This document shows positions 49,197 through 62,017 of a stretch of 64,000 nt of DNA, in pieces. Location: NCBI RefSeq assembly GCF_000143415.4, contig NW_003314271.1, positions 3,021,742 to 3,085,741 of the forward strand, in the 5' to 3' direction. Below the pieces are notes generated by a model that did not search any database, was not told the DNA's origin, and worked only from the letters and a program-made list of their open reading frames with translations. Position 1 is the first letter of the stretch, and each line of letters begins with the position of its first letter. Origin of the DNA: Selaginella moellendorffii (taxonomy: Eukaryota; Plantae; Lycopodiophyta). The position numbers and the translations under genes are program-made.

Positions 49197-50680
49197 CCCG
49201 GATGGGTAATAAGGACTAGGCGTGTAATATGGAGATTGTGGTAGTGAAACAAAATTCACATTCTCACATTTCTGTATGCTAAAACTACTTACAGATTTTT
49301 TGTCTTCCTTGCTTCCCATCTCTGTAAACCCTAAAGAATGAACGAGTGAATTAGTGTTTCGAATTATTTATATATTTTTGGTCAATTGTTGAAATGTTAA
49401 AATGTTGAAATGTACAATAGAAATTTTCCGGTTCATTCGAACTTCAATATTCCCATTTTATTTGGGACCAATAAAGCCCAAAAATTTCTATGGGTTCAGA
49501 CGAACTTCTAATTCTAGAAATTGTATAAACTACATTAGAAAGTTTCAAAAAATAAAAATCTCTCTGAACCATTGATACTTAAACTCATAAATTTCAAGTT
49601 CACCAAAAAATAACATTTTTCTGACTTAATATTTCCTTATAAAACTTATCGTTGACTATGTTGACTAGCATTGACTTGAGCTGAATTGAGCTCAACTCAA
49701 CTTTGGACCATCCCCTTGAGGAACACATGCTTTGGGCTTTCACCCTTAGCTTCTCTTATTCCCTTAGTATCAGGAGTTAGTCTCTAAGACAAGCGTGAAA
49801 CTTATTAAATATAGAATAGCACTAGATTGTGAATTCGGGAGTAAGAATAACACTATAGGGTTCAAGACACTTTCTATATTTTGTAGATATGCCTCTTGGG
49901 TGAATTTAGACACTTACCATAAATAGCTTATGGATCCAGAACAGAACCAACACATAAGCCATGATAGTGAGGGTGTTTGACAAACACAATAAGCTATCAT
50001 GTAGCAATATTGAAAGACTAGACTCAATACATAAAGGTTCTTGCCAAGTTAGTGCAAGACAAAGCAAAAGAGAACTAAAAGCTAAGCCAAGAATACTCAA
50101 CAAGAAACACATCGGAGTACACACTAAATACAGATACTAAGCCCAATTTAATAACACTTGGACAAAAGGGGCTATTGAAAGGAACCAATAGTACCAATCT
50201 CCTGCCGTTATAGCAATAAAGAGAGAGTGCTTGTAAAAACTGGCCAATAAGTATCTTTCGATACCTAAAGTCACATTCACGACACTCTTCCCCCCTTAGC
50301 AAAGACTAGTGTCCTCGTCAATGTATACCCAAGTCTAGCAAACCATTAAAGAAGCAACTCCAAAAGTTAACATAAAGCACATTATGTGGGAAACACACTG
50401 ACTTAAATGAGTTATGGAACTACCTCTCCTTTATGTCCAAAGACATTAAGACTTAAATACCCTCTAGCCATCACTGACAACGAAATGATTAATAGAGTGA
50501 GCCACCCTTGCTGCGCTGAGTACCACTTGGTTTACAAAGGAATGATATATCCCTATCTGCAAGGACATAGGGAGGGAGCCAAAGGCCCAACTACCCTGAG
50601 CAAGAAATCAACCCCCTCAAGAAGATTTAGAGAACTATTGTAAACTAGCAGATCAAGTTGTTTACACTACCACACCCCTT

Positions 50681-52818
50681 TCAATAATCCTCAACTTGAG
50701 CATTCAAAACACTTCCTTGTAAATCTCGAATCTCTATCCAAGTCATCTTTTTGGGAAGACCACAAACCCGTACTACTTCATGGAAAAAAAGCTTTGCTGC
50801 TTGTTTAGCATTTATTGTTTTCATAGTTGGAATGAAGTGTGCAATCTTTGACAACCGATTCACAACCACCATCAAAGTATCATAACCCTTAGACTCTGAC
50901 AAGAAGTGACGAAGTCAAGTGTCAAACTCTGAAATGGCCAGGCCGATGCTGGAATGCACTACAACTTCCCAGTCTGCTTCTTAGTTCTTTGCTTACATTG
51001 CTGATATATAGGGCAAGAATACACATAATTTGTTATATCACCTTTCATACCAGACCAAAAAAATCTCTTTTTCAATGAAGCAATTGTCTTTTGTTTTCCA
51101 CTATGTCTCACTACTTGAACATCATGATGTTCCCACAGAAACAACTGCTACAGTTCCTTAGAGGGAAGTTACAATCTTTCTTGCTTATAGAAAATAAGCC
51201 CATCTGGAACTAAGAAGTGAAGTTTCACATTAGTATGATTAGCAACTTTTGCCACTTTGCTAGCTTCGACAACTCTGTACGAAGCAAGATTGCCTTTGGT
51301 AACGGATCACTTTCATATAAAGCTTGAACATCCTCTAACCAATCCAAACTAATTGTTGATATTTCCCGAAATTGAGCTTGGTGACTTAATGCATCCAGAA
51401 CAATATTATCTTTACTAGGTTTATAAATGATTTCAATATTGATTCTAGTGAGTTTCTCTTGCCAACAAGCCTACTTTAGCATAAATTTTTGGCTATGTAG
51501 AAAAGTAGCTCAGTGTGTTACTATCTATATAAACCTTAGTATATCCACCCAAATAGTGTCTCTAGTGTTCCAACACCAACACTATAGCAAACATCTCTTT
51601 CTTATGCATAGGCCATCTTTGTTAGGTTTCATCCAATTTTTGGAATAGAATGCAACGGGACAACTGTGTCACCTTAGCATAACACCAACTGCATTATCAC
51701 AATCTTGCTATAACACGGCACCTATAGCATAGCCAGATGCATCACAATGCACTTCAAAGGGTTTATCAAGATCTGGGATTCTGAGAACAGGAACCATAGT
51801 CATGATCTCCTTCAATTATATAAAAACACGCTAACAAGTTGGTGTCTAATGAAATGGTATACTACTTTTCATTAACTCAGTCAATGGAATAGCAATTCTT
51901 ACAAAATTGCAGACAAACTTGTGATATTACCTGTTAAACCGAGAAAGGAATGAACATCCAATACAATGGTTGAAACTTCCTAGGATTTCACTACTTCCAC
52001 CTTCTTTGGATCCACTTCAATTACATCACCACCAACTAAGAAAGTTCACGTGCAATTGTCCTAAAGTGCATTTACTTTCTTTAGCATACAGTTTGTGTTC
52101 ATGCAACTTCTAAAACACCAGCTCTAAGTGTTTCAAATGATCCTCCAATATTTCACTAAAGATTAGAACATCGTCAATATGTAGGACAATAAATGTGTCT
52201 AAATAATCTCTAAATATTCTATCCATCATTGTGTTAAACATTGTCGGAGCATTGCATAACCCAAATGGCATAACAAGGAACTCATAAGATCTATACCAAG
52301 TCTTAAACACTATCTTCTCCACATCCTAATCTGCCACCCATATTTTATGATACCCAAAACGCAAATCAAGTCATGTAAAATACTTAGCCTTTAAGAGTTG
52401 GTCAAACAAGTCATCAATGCGAGGCAAAGGATAACTATTTTTTATTATGATCTTATTGAAAGCTCCATAATCGATACACATCCTCATGGTTCCATCCTTT
52501 TTTCATAACAAAAAGGACTAACACTCTATAAGGTGACTTGCTTGGTTGGATATGAACTTTGTTAAAAAGCTCTATGAGTTGTTTCTTGAGTTCATCCATC
52601 TCTTTGATGTTCAAATAATATGGAATTTTTGTAGGTGTTTTAGAACCTGAAACAATCTCAATCCAATGATCAACCTCACGGCTAGGAAATAGCTCTAGTG
52701 GCAAATCCTTCAAAAAGATATCATAATTCCACACCAACAACTTCAATATCTCCTTTGGTATAGGATCAATTTTGTTACCGATTTGAACTGAGTCACCATC
52801 ACCCTTAGCTTCCATCAC
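50681..52818 (-). pseudogene. pol: Decayed Ty3/gypsy pol (RT, RNase H, integrase)
   Basis: YEFLVMPFGLCNAP, HIDDVLIFS, VHCDAS, integrase HHCC region (HSGKQKT..FFWSGMKGDI..CPIYQ) and [14 protein letters not shown], in gypsy domain order. Confidence 0.92.
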
Positions 52819-53256
52819 TTGACAAAAGGTTTGACATCCCCTCTTAGTTACTTTTTGAGCGGCTCTCTGTAAGCTATAAATTTTTCCTTTCTAATTTGCT
52901 AGCTTACCTCGTCTATTCGACCACCATGGCCTTGACCTTAGTTAAGTTCCCTCACCAAGGTTCCAACCTATTATACTAGCTCCTACTTAGCCCTACTTGG
53001 TTTTAGCAACTCACTGCATGAGCAACAGAGCATTATCCATCCATGGCTTCTCAAATCTCTCACAATCCCCCTCCCTAGGTTAGATTGGACTTGAGGTTTG
53101 GCTACACTCCCCACAGGCATATACATTACCACATACATTAACAGATCAATGTTTGTATTGACTGTGAGAAAATCTTGAGGAAAGTAACGAAATTAACTCA
53201 CCTCCTCTTCCTCATAGCCTGCATTGACCAACTCGTCAACCCTTTATCTTCACCAC

Positions 53257-56200
53257 TGTCGCGAATGTGACTTCGGGTATCGAAAGTTACCTGTCGACCA
53301 GTCCTTACGGACACTCTTTCCTTACTGCCACGATGGCAGGAGGTCGGTATTGCTGGACCCTTTATCAGCCCCTCTTGTTCAAGTGTTAGTAAACTGGACT
53401 TTGCATCTGTACTTGGCCGGATGAGCATAAGGACGGAATTCCTAAGTGTCTATTCAGCCAAGCATACTTGGCCTGGCTTTTTAGTTCTCTTTTGCTCTGT
53501 CTTGCACTGGCTTGACAAGAACCCTCGCGTATTGAGATTGGTCCCTCAATATCGCTACATGATAGCTTACCGTGTCTGCCAAACACCCTCGCTATCATGC
53601 CCTTTGTGTTAGTCTCATTTCGGTCCCAAATGCTATTTATGGAAAGTGTCTAGATCCGCTCATTTGGCATATCTACGGAATGTAGAGGTCGGCCCGAACA
53701 CAATGGTGTTCATCCCGTGTCCAAATTCGCAATCTAGGGACATTCCATATTTAGTAAGTTTCGAGCTTGTCCCAGAGACTAACTCTTGATACTAAAGGAG
53801 GCTTGGGGTGAAAGCCCAAAGCGTGTGTTCCTCAAGGGGGGGGGGGCTATGGGGGGTTCCAAATGTATAGTAGGGATAGTGGGTAGGTCGGGCATGGCCG
53901 ACCAACCTGAGGCATAGTCTAGCTCCCGCTTGCGTGCCTGTCCTTGTTCTGCGTCCGGCTTGGGTCTAAGCCCAAGTTCCATTCCATGCTAGTTGGTGGA
54001 GTACCCATATCCTCACGTTAGGCCACCGGTATGCCGAAATAGCGCCAGACTCCGTTTGGCTCCGTTTTGCGTGCTGGTCCTGGCATTGGTATGCTAGTTG
54101 CTCCAGGACTGTTCCAAGTCGCTCCGGGCTCCTGTCCCTTCGCTCCTTGGGCTATATGCTCGGGAGTTGCTCCGTGGTCCGGTTCCATCACTCCTTGGCG
54201 TCACGCTTAGGAGTTTGGCACCGTTCCTTCGTTCAGTGGCCCAAGGCCCTGAACCTCGGGTTCCTATGGACACGTGGCATGGACACGTGGTATGTGACAC
54301 GTGGCATCTGTCACGTGGCACAAAGAGGGTTTAGGTTCCGCTTCGTGGTGTTATCCTATGATAAATCACCATAGGATAAAGGGTCAAAACCACGTGCGCT
54401 ACATTTGGTATCAGAGGATGAGTCTCAGCGAGTACTATTCAATGAGATTGGGCAACTAGTCTCGTTGCATACGCAGAGATGAAAACGATGATCCGAGTGG
54501 GTACACGTTTTGGTGCAAAGACTTCGCATTGGTTCCTTGGGATAGGTTTTGGTTACCTTTTTGTTCCATATTATGTGAGCTTGCTCTCGGGCTCATAGAG
54601 TGGACTGAGTTGTTCTGTTACACGAGTTTGCGCTTGGGCTCGTGAGTGAGGCGCATTAGCAACTCGAGGTTACACTTTGAGTTGGCAGGATTAATGTTAG
54701 CCTATCGTTGGTTCCATAAGTTGTTCTAGTGGTTCCGTGAGTTGTTCCTTGTACCATGGGTGAAAAGCAAACCTCCCTGGGTTTGCTATGAGTGGCAAAT
54801 AGGCTGGTCCGTAGCTGTTTAGCACGGCACTAGTGGATCCTTCCTAGGTATGATTATAAGTGGATCAATCAAGACTGTAGGGAATAGTCTATTGGTTCAA
54901 GTAATCATTGCCGTGCTCTCTTATAAACTTTTCTTCGATTGAACTGAAGGCAGTGCGAAAGCAAGTTTGAGGTTTGGTCAAAGATGAGACCGAAAAGAGA
55001 GTCATCGGGGACGGAGGATCAAACACGTAAATCATTTTCTCTTCTTGGAGAGATGATTTGCAACGAGGTGTTAACTCATTACTTGTGTTCACATCATGCA
55101 ATCAAGAGTCCCTATCTTGACGCATGTTGGAGATGGTGGTTTTACAATAGTGAGTTATGGGATGGATAGTGGTGAAACACTAAACCATTTTATCTAGGCT
55201 CGCTATTGGAAGACTTGGGTTGCAATGCTCAATTCTTTTCCGGAGAACCTTGCTATTGCTCCTTGAGTAGCTTGGTGTTGGATTAGTGTTGAGTTTGGTC
55301 GGAAAGAGAGTAGCATGAGCTTGTCCGTGTTGTGAACAAAAGTTAGTGGTGTTGGGTGTCGTAAACCTCTATTGGTGGAGTGTGGCATTTATGTTGCATT
55401 TTGTCGAATCGAGTTGGCATTTGATACTCACATAAATGTTTGAAGTAATGACATAGGCATTGCTCATTGCGTTACTCAATTGATGATCAAGTCATTGTGA
55501 TGCTTATATCATATCCATGTGATAAAGAGCAATGAGTTTACGAAGTTGCTTGGGTAAATGATGATCAACCCCAAAGTGGTTGATGGAGAAGCTAGTCTAC
55601 TTGCACGAAGTAGCATTGTAGTAGCTTTGACTGGATTCTCAATGGTGGTCCATTATGCTAAGCTTAAGTTGGTACCTTGTTTCCTTGAGGGTTTGCCCAT
55701 AAGGTGTTGGGAATGGGTTGTAGCATTCATTTGCTATAGCTCATCTGTTGATCCGTTAGCACTTGGAGTAGATTGTTGGATGGAGAAGATGTGTAGTTGG
55801 GGCATTGACATCACTAGCACTTGTGTTAGTGGAAGTGGCATTGTTGATTCGAGTGATGAGGAATTTTCCTTAGATCTTTTTTTCCATGTCATTTTTCTTG
55901 TTAGTGTTTTGGCTTCACATTGGATCTTGAAGGTGATTGAAGAAGAGTGTTAGTGCAATATGGATATCCGAAGATGTGGTCTTCGTGATCAAGCCTTGGA
56001 TGTTCATTTTGCACTTTGCGGATGTTGGTGTTGGATATCGGAAAATGGGCAAAGATGTTCGATGCTTAAGCATGCTATTGGGTCATAAGAATCTGTGTTA
56101 AGGTGAACCTATGTGAAGTTGTTTGTAGGATGAAGTTGGTTGAGTCTTGAAAGTTTGCAATCCTGGACTGAGAGTCATTCTTTCTCTAGGATGGAAATTT

Positions 56201-59200
56201 TCCACAAATTTTCTTAGACTTTTCCAATGGCTGATCTATTGATCATTTTGTCCGAAAACCATTCCATTTTCGAAAGCCAGTACAAACTAGTGAAGAGGTT
56301 GGAGTTGACTTCGGTTGGCTTAGATCTTAGTAGGTAGTTTGTATGATATGGCCCGAAAGGGATGCTAACTTTTGAGGCTAAGGCAATTAAGTTGGATAGA
56401 GTCTAGAGTTGGTATAGAAAAGTGGCCGTTGCACTTTTCTCAGAAAGGTGACCCTTGTACCTTTCTTTTGTAGCGTTATGCTTGGTGGCAGGTTGCACCT
56501 TGCATTTCATTAGACTCTATGAGAGTAGTGAGCTCTCACTGATCTTGACTTGGTCTTGGTGGCCCTGCGCCTTGGCTGAGGATGGTGATGTCCAATTTAG
56601 TTGTTTGAAGTTGAGATGTTGGTACCCGTACTATAGCTTTGTCTATGAGGAGGTTGTGTATTGATATGAGTCCATCTCATGGTCTTCACTTTAGTTTCGA
56701 CTGAGTGTTGATCACATAGCTAGCCTCTTCAAGGCATGCTCAGAACTATTGACTAAAATGCATTAGTGAGCTTATTGCGGTTGAGTTGGATTCGAGTGGT
56801 CATTTAGTTTGTGCTTGTCTATGAACTTTTATCTCATACTTGGGGTATTATGTTCATGTTGGACAAGTATGTAACTTGATGACAAGAGTTGGTGTTTGGG
56901 TCTTATGAAGGCAAGTTGAGGAGTGATTGTTAGTTGCTTTGTGACTAGTGATTACTTGTAGACTTCGTCAAGGACCGTTGACACTTACTTTGCTCGATGA
57001 TGATTTAGCAGTGATGGGCTTGCTTTACCGGATGGTGTTGCGGAGGATCGTGTCATTAGGCTGGCGTGGTTTTTCCATGTTGGCATGTCAATTCCTTTGT
57101 CGATATCATTTGGTTACGTTTGGTCTATAATGTTGGATTTCATTGAGTCTTGGACGTGGTGATTCACTCCTTGAGGAAGTGTTATCTGTAACTGAGTATT
57201 GTTGGAGGATTGGTCTCGGATACTGACTAAGGTATCTTCGACCTTGGTTAGCTTGGTTGCTAGAGAGCTTTGGGTGGTGATTCACTTATGCTTTCTTCTA
57301 GCTTTGTTCTAGTGTTGATAGCATTGAAGTGATACCTTGTCGTTGACATTGTTGATATTGAGATCTGAGTGAAATGAGATATCCTTCCAAGGATTGATAT
57401 TGAGTTTCATTAGTCTTGATGAATATAGTGTTGATGATTTGGCTATAGCTTTGTGTTGTTGGCATTCGTGCATTTGCTAGTTAGCAACTGTGTTGACGTT
57501 CAAATGAACTGAGTGGCAAGTTGAGTTAGTTGTGTTCTAGACGAGATTATTTAGTAAGGGTTGAGCTTTAAGCTTGTCCTTGAAAAGTGATTCAGTCGTG
57601 GACTATGCTAACTCTACAAGCGGAAGAGTTAGTGATCAATATTGGAAAGTTTGAATCCTTATTGGGTTTGAATTCGAATATATTGATCATTGATGATTCG
57701 TCTTGTACTTGTTATGACGTGAGTTACGTCTTGCTGTAGATGGATTCATGGAGGATCGGTTTGGTGATCACTTGTTGAACATAGCTCCATTGTGCTTGGC
57801 TTTTGAGTGATGCAAATCTGCTCTTCATTAGCTTTGCATTATGAAGTATAGCTTATGGATGTGTTAAAGCGGATGTCGTGGGTTATACCATGATTTCTCT
57901 TTAGCATTGATGTTAGTTCATGCGAGACTCGTGATCATTATTAAGCAAGACTTGGCTATAGGCTTCTTCGATCTTTGGTTCTTTGAGTTTTATGCTCATT
58001 GTTCCATTTGTTAGAAGTTGTTGGGGAAGGCATTTTGGCTCATTAGCTTCGATGTTGAAGTTGGCTTTGCATCTGGCAATCATTGGTGATGATTGACTAT
58101 TATCTAGGGTAGTTGATTGTCCTTATCACAAGTTTTGTTTGATTATTGTTGGTTTGGAATTATTTGCTATTCTTCGGGATGGTAGGTTCTTTCTTCAACG
58201 ATGATTATACATCACTACATTGATGGGCTAATTGACGATCTTTCATGATAGTTGGTTGTTCTCTTTGATGGCTTTTGGCTTTTCGCAATACCACATGTTC
58301 TTTGTGGTTTGCTTTGGTTTGGTCTCTTGGGCTTGAGATATCAGTAGGATGTTGCTACCACTTGCTTAGGCAACTTAAGTTCCTTGGTGTTGTTGGCTGG
58401 GATCTATTCAGATTGGCTTTTGTGATAGTTGGCAGGCATGAGTGTTTGTTGGTCTTACCACATTCATTCTCTTCTGTTGATCGTTGCTCGAGTTAGTTTT
58501 GATAGATTTGAATGTTATTTCCTTTGGGTGATACATTCGCGAGCATTGTGCTTGTTAGTCAATGATACTTTGTGTTCTTTGAGTTCTCTCTAGTAAGTTG
58601 TTGGCTTACTGTCTACTATCTTCGGTAGTTAAGTTTCATCATTGAGTTTCCTTGATGATATACTAGCTATTGAATTTTGTTGGATGGTCATTCCTGTGTT
58701 TGCCAAATTATGATGATCTTGGTGGTTCCTATCTACAATAATACTAGTTTATCGGATGATAACTTATTTGGAATACATTTGTGTTCTCATCTAAGCTTTA
58801 TTCACTGATAATTACATCTCTAAGATATCATTGTTTATGACTTTGATATAGTCCCTATATATTGATCTTTGCGTTTGGGCCAGTATAGGCAGACTGGCTT
58901 CGGCACTTCGTGTGCATGGTGAAATCTCTAGTCATGGGGTAGCTACTGTCGACTGGTCACATAACCCGCCTCTTTGTCGATGTTCCTTATTCCGTTGAAA
59001 GGGCGTGACCGTGTAAACAACTCTAAACTGCCTGTTTACAGTAGTCTATCTAAACCTTACCGACGGGTTTGGTTTCTTTGCTTAGGAGGGTTGGGGCCTC
59101 TGGCTTCTCTCTCTATGTTCCTGCGGGCAGGGGCATATCACACTTTTGTAAGCTGGGTGACTCCCAGAGCAGCAAGGGTGGCTGATTCCGTTGGTCATTT

Positions 59201-60547
59201 CCTTGTCGGCGACGGCCGGAAGGTGTCTGAGATGGTAGCGCATCCGCGTTAGACAAAGAGGTTCCCCCTAACTCATTTAAGTTGGTGCCTTTTTCACATA
59301 GTGTGAGTACCGTGAACTTTTTCTGGAGTTGTTTCCTTGACGGTATTCTAGACTCGAGTATGCATCGACGAGGACGTCGATCTTCCCCAAGGGGGGGAGA
59401 GTGTCGCGAATGTGACTTCGGGTATCGAAAGTTACCTGTCGACCAGTCCTTACGGACACTCTTTCCTTACTGCCACGATGGCAGGAGGTCGGTATTGCTG
59501 GACCCTTTATCAGCCCCTCTTGTTCAAGTGTTAGTAAACTGGACTTTGCATCTGTACTTGGCCGGATGAGCATAAGGACGGAATTCCTAAGTGTCTATTC
59601 AGCCAAGCATACTTGGCCTGGCTTTTTAGTTCTCTTTTACTCTGTCTTGCACTGGCTTGACAAGAACCCTCGCGTATTGAGATTGGTCCCTCAATATCGC
59701 TACATGATAGCTTACCGTGTCTGCCAAACACCCTCGCTATCATGCCCTTTGTGTTAGTCTCATTTCGGTCCCAAATGCTATTTATGGAAAGTGTCTAGAT
59801 CCGCTCATTTGGCATATCTACGGAATGTAGAGGTCGGCCCGAACACAATGGTGTTCATCCCGTGTCCAAATTCGCAATCTAGGGACATTCCATATTTAGT
59901 AAGTTTCGAGCTTGTCCCAGAGACTAACTCTTGATACTAAGGGAGGCTTGGGGTGAAAGCCCAAAGCGTGTGTTCCTCAAGGGGGGGGGGCTATGGGGGG
60001 TTCCAAATGTATAGTAGGGATAGTGGGTAGGTCGGGCATGGCCGACCAACCTGAGGCATAGTCTAGCTCCCGCTTGCGTGCCTGTCCTTGTTCTGCGTCC
60101 GGCTTGGGTCTAAGCCCAAGTTCCATTCCATGCTAGTTGGTGGAGTACCCATATCCTCACGTTAGGCCATCGGTATGCCGAAATAGCGCCAGACTCCGTT
60201 TGGCTCCGTTTTGCGTGCTGGTCCTGGCATTGGTATGCTAGTTGCTCCAGGACTGTTCCAAGTCGCTCCGGGCTCCTGTCCCTTCACTCCTTGGGCTATA
60301 TGCTCGGGAGTTGCTCCGTGGTCCGGTTCCATCACTCCTTGGCGTCACGCTTAGGAGTTTGGCACCGTTCCTTCGTTTAGTGGCCCAAGGCCCTGAACCT
60401 CGGGTTCCTATGGACACGTGGCATGGACACGTGGTATGTGACACGTGGCATCTGTCACGTGGCACAAAGAGGGTTTAGGTTCCGCTTCGTGGTGTTATCC
60501 TATGGTAAATCACCATAGGATAAAGGGTCAAAACCACGTGCGCTACA
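53257..60547 (+). mobile_element. Young, structurally complete non-autonomous LTR retrotransposon (LARD-like), family A
   Basis: LTRs 53257-54403 and 59402-60547 differ at only ~6 substitutions and one poly-G length by eye. PBS tggtatcagag (54406-16), PPT aagggggggagag, perfect TSD ACCAC. The 5-kb internal region has no retroelement ORF. Confidence 0.96.
54270..54320 (+). promoter_or_regulatory. Cluster of four G-box/ABRE motifs (CACGTGG) in the LTR; repeated at ~60414-60464
   Basis: CACGTG at 54271, 54284, 54298 and 54312. Confidence 0.6.
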
Positions 60548-60559
60548 ACCACCACTGTC

Positions 60560-61430
60560 TTCCCTTATGACATTAACATGAGACATTGTCTTATGCCTAT
60601 TGGGACATTTCGTGGACATATATTCTATCTCTCTATAATAGAAGTAATGACCCACACTACCCATTCTGCTAGGAGCAGGTTTTGCAGGTTGCTACTACTT
60701 GTACCCACCAGGAGGAGGAACAAAGGGCCTAGGACCAGAACAAATTGCTAGTGGTCACCAACCACCACCTTTGTTAACCGTTGTTTGTGAGCCTCCAAAG
60801 TAGAACTTTCCTTCCACCCTTTATTTCTAATCACCTTGTTTATTCCTAAAGTTTTTATTCTTGTTTGAGGTACAAGCATACGGTTGCTGATATTGTTCCA
60901 TAAGTGAGTGGCTGAAGGCAACTTACTGTGCTACCTCCTTACACTCTAGGTATGCTTTGGCTTAAACTTTAAAATCTTATTGCGAGAGAGTGAACTTAAA
61001 CCTTCTAGGAAATAATTTCAAGTATCTTCGTCACTTATATTTGCAATCATAATATACTTCTAAGCAAATGCATTAACATAATGCATAAAGTCCCCTCGCT
61101 GCTTTAACTGTCACAACTCTGCACAAAGTCTTAGACCAAGATCATTCGATAAGTATTCCTTATGGATATGAGACTGTATCTTGGTCCAACTTGTAGTGTG
61201 CCCTTTTTTAGCACACACTTGGCACCACCAAGTTTTGGCATGATCTATGAGAAAGGATTGTGCATACACAACTTTTGTAAGATCATGTATGACTGCTGCT
61301 TTGAAATAATTTTCCATATTGTAGACCCCGTCTTCCAAAACCTGATAGTCCCGCATGCCTCTGAAATTAAGTGGTTTTGGAGGCTTGAATTTTGAAACTC
61401 ATGCAACTGGGGGTAGTTATAAAACTTCAT
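60560..61430 (-). pseudogene. gag: Decayed gag of the old gypsy element
   Basis: AKTWW...TSWTKIQSHIHKEYL retrotransposon-gag pattern between the PBS and pol. Confidence 0.7.
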
Positions 61431-62017
61431 TGTCCTCAGAATTTGAAGAGGAATCCAATTGCTTAGGTTTAGCTAATAGTTCCTTTTCACCATCTCACTA
61501 GTTGCATGCATGTCTCTATTGGTAAGTAAACATGCATGCAACATTCTTACTAGATGGTGCAATCCTATTAATCCTACACATATTGCTTCAAATCTATTAG
61601 ATAAGTTTTTGTGTATACAACTTGAGTTAGAATTTTTAACAAAAGTTGGATAGAATCGTTGAGACAATTTCTCTAATACCAAATGTAGTGCACCTGAATG
61701 TAGAGCTAAACTCCAAACCCATTGCACTACAAAACAAAGGTTTGGTACAATTCCATGACCACTAGCTCTCCATATCTAGCTCTTGCATGCAAAATAGTGT
61801 TAGACGGTGTTTGGCATGATTTTGGTATACCGGTGGCCTAATGCAAGGAGGAGGGTACTCCACTGGCTAGAGCAGTGTGGAGCTTGGGCTTATGGGCTTA
61901 AACCCAAGCTGTGAATGTAGAACAAGGAGCGACATAGCTTAGCAAGAGCCAAACTAATGTCTCAGATGATGGAGTATACATCAACGAAGATGTCAATCTT
62001 CTCTAAGGGGGGGAAAG

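Larger units (their letters stand above)
37853..49714 (-). mobile_element. Full-length Mutator-like (MULE) DNA transposon with cargo genes, 11862 bp
   Basis: Imperfect TIRs GAGTGTGGACCATACTTGAG and rc GGGATGGTCCAAAGTTGAG. Perfect 15-bp subterminal IR gagttgagctcaatt (37899-37913 / 49684-49698). 9-bp TSD TTTGAGGAA (37844-52) / CTTGAGGAA (49715-23). The left terminus agrees with the copy ending at 28251. Confidence 0.85.
49715..61975 (-). mobile_element. Old, formerly autonomous Ty3/gypsy element with family A LTRs, interrupted by the young LARD
   Basis: 3' LTR remnant 49715-50284 plus PPT. PBS (rc tggtattagag) at 61671-61681. 5' LTR remnant 61684-~61975. Confidence 0.8.

Noticed and set aside
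49137-49319. 60-aa ORF as a fifth MULE gene
   Set aside because: Short and disrupted by the palindromes. It could be a 5' exon of the 48040-48606 gene, but the sequence alone does not support this.
37858-49711. TGGACCAT at both MULE ends read as an 8-bp TSD or direct terminal repeat
   Set aside because: The motif is quasi-palindromic, recurs at the ends of other copies and is part of the imperfect TIR. The 9-bp YTTGAGGAA outside it fits better as the TSD.
54889-59252. Short ORFs in the LARD interior
   Set aside because: No recognisable motifs; composition reflects the G+T skew.
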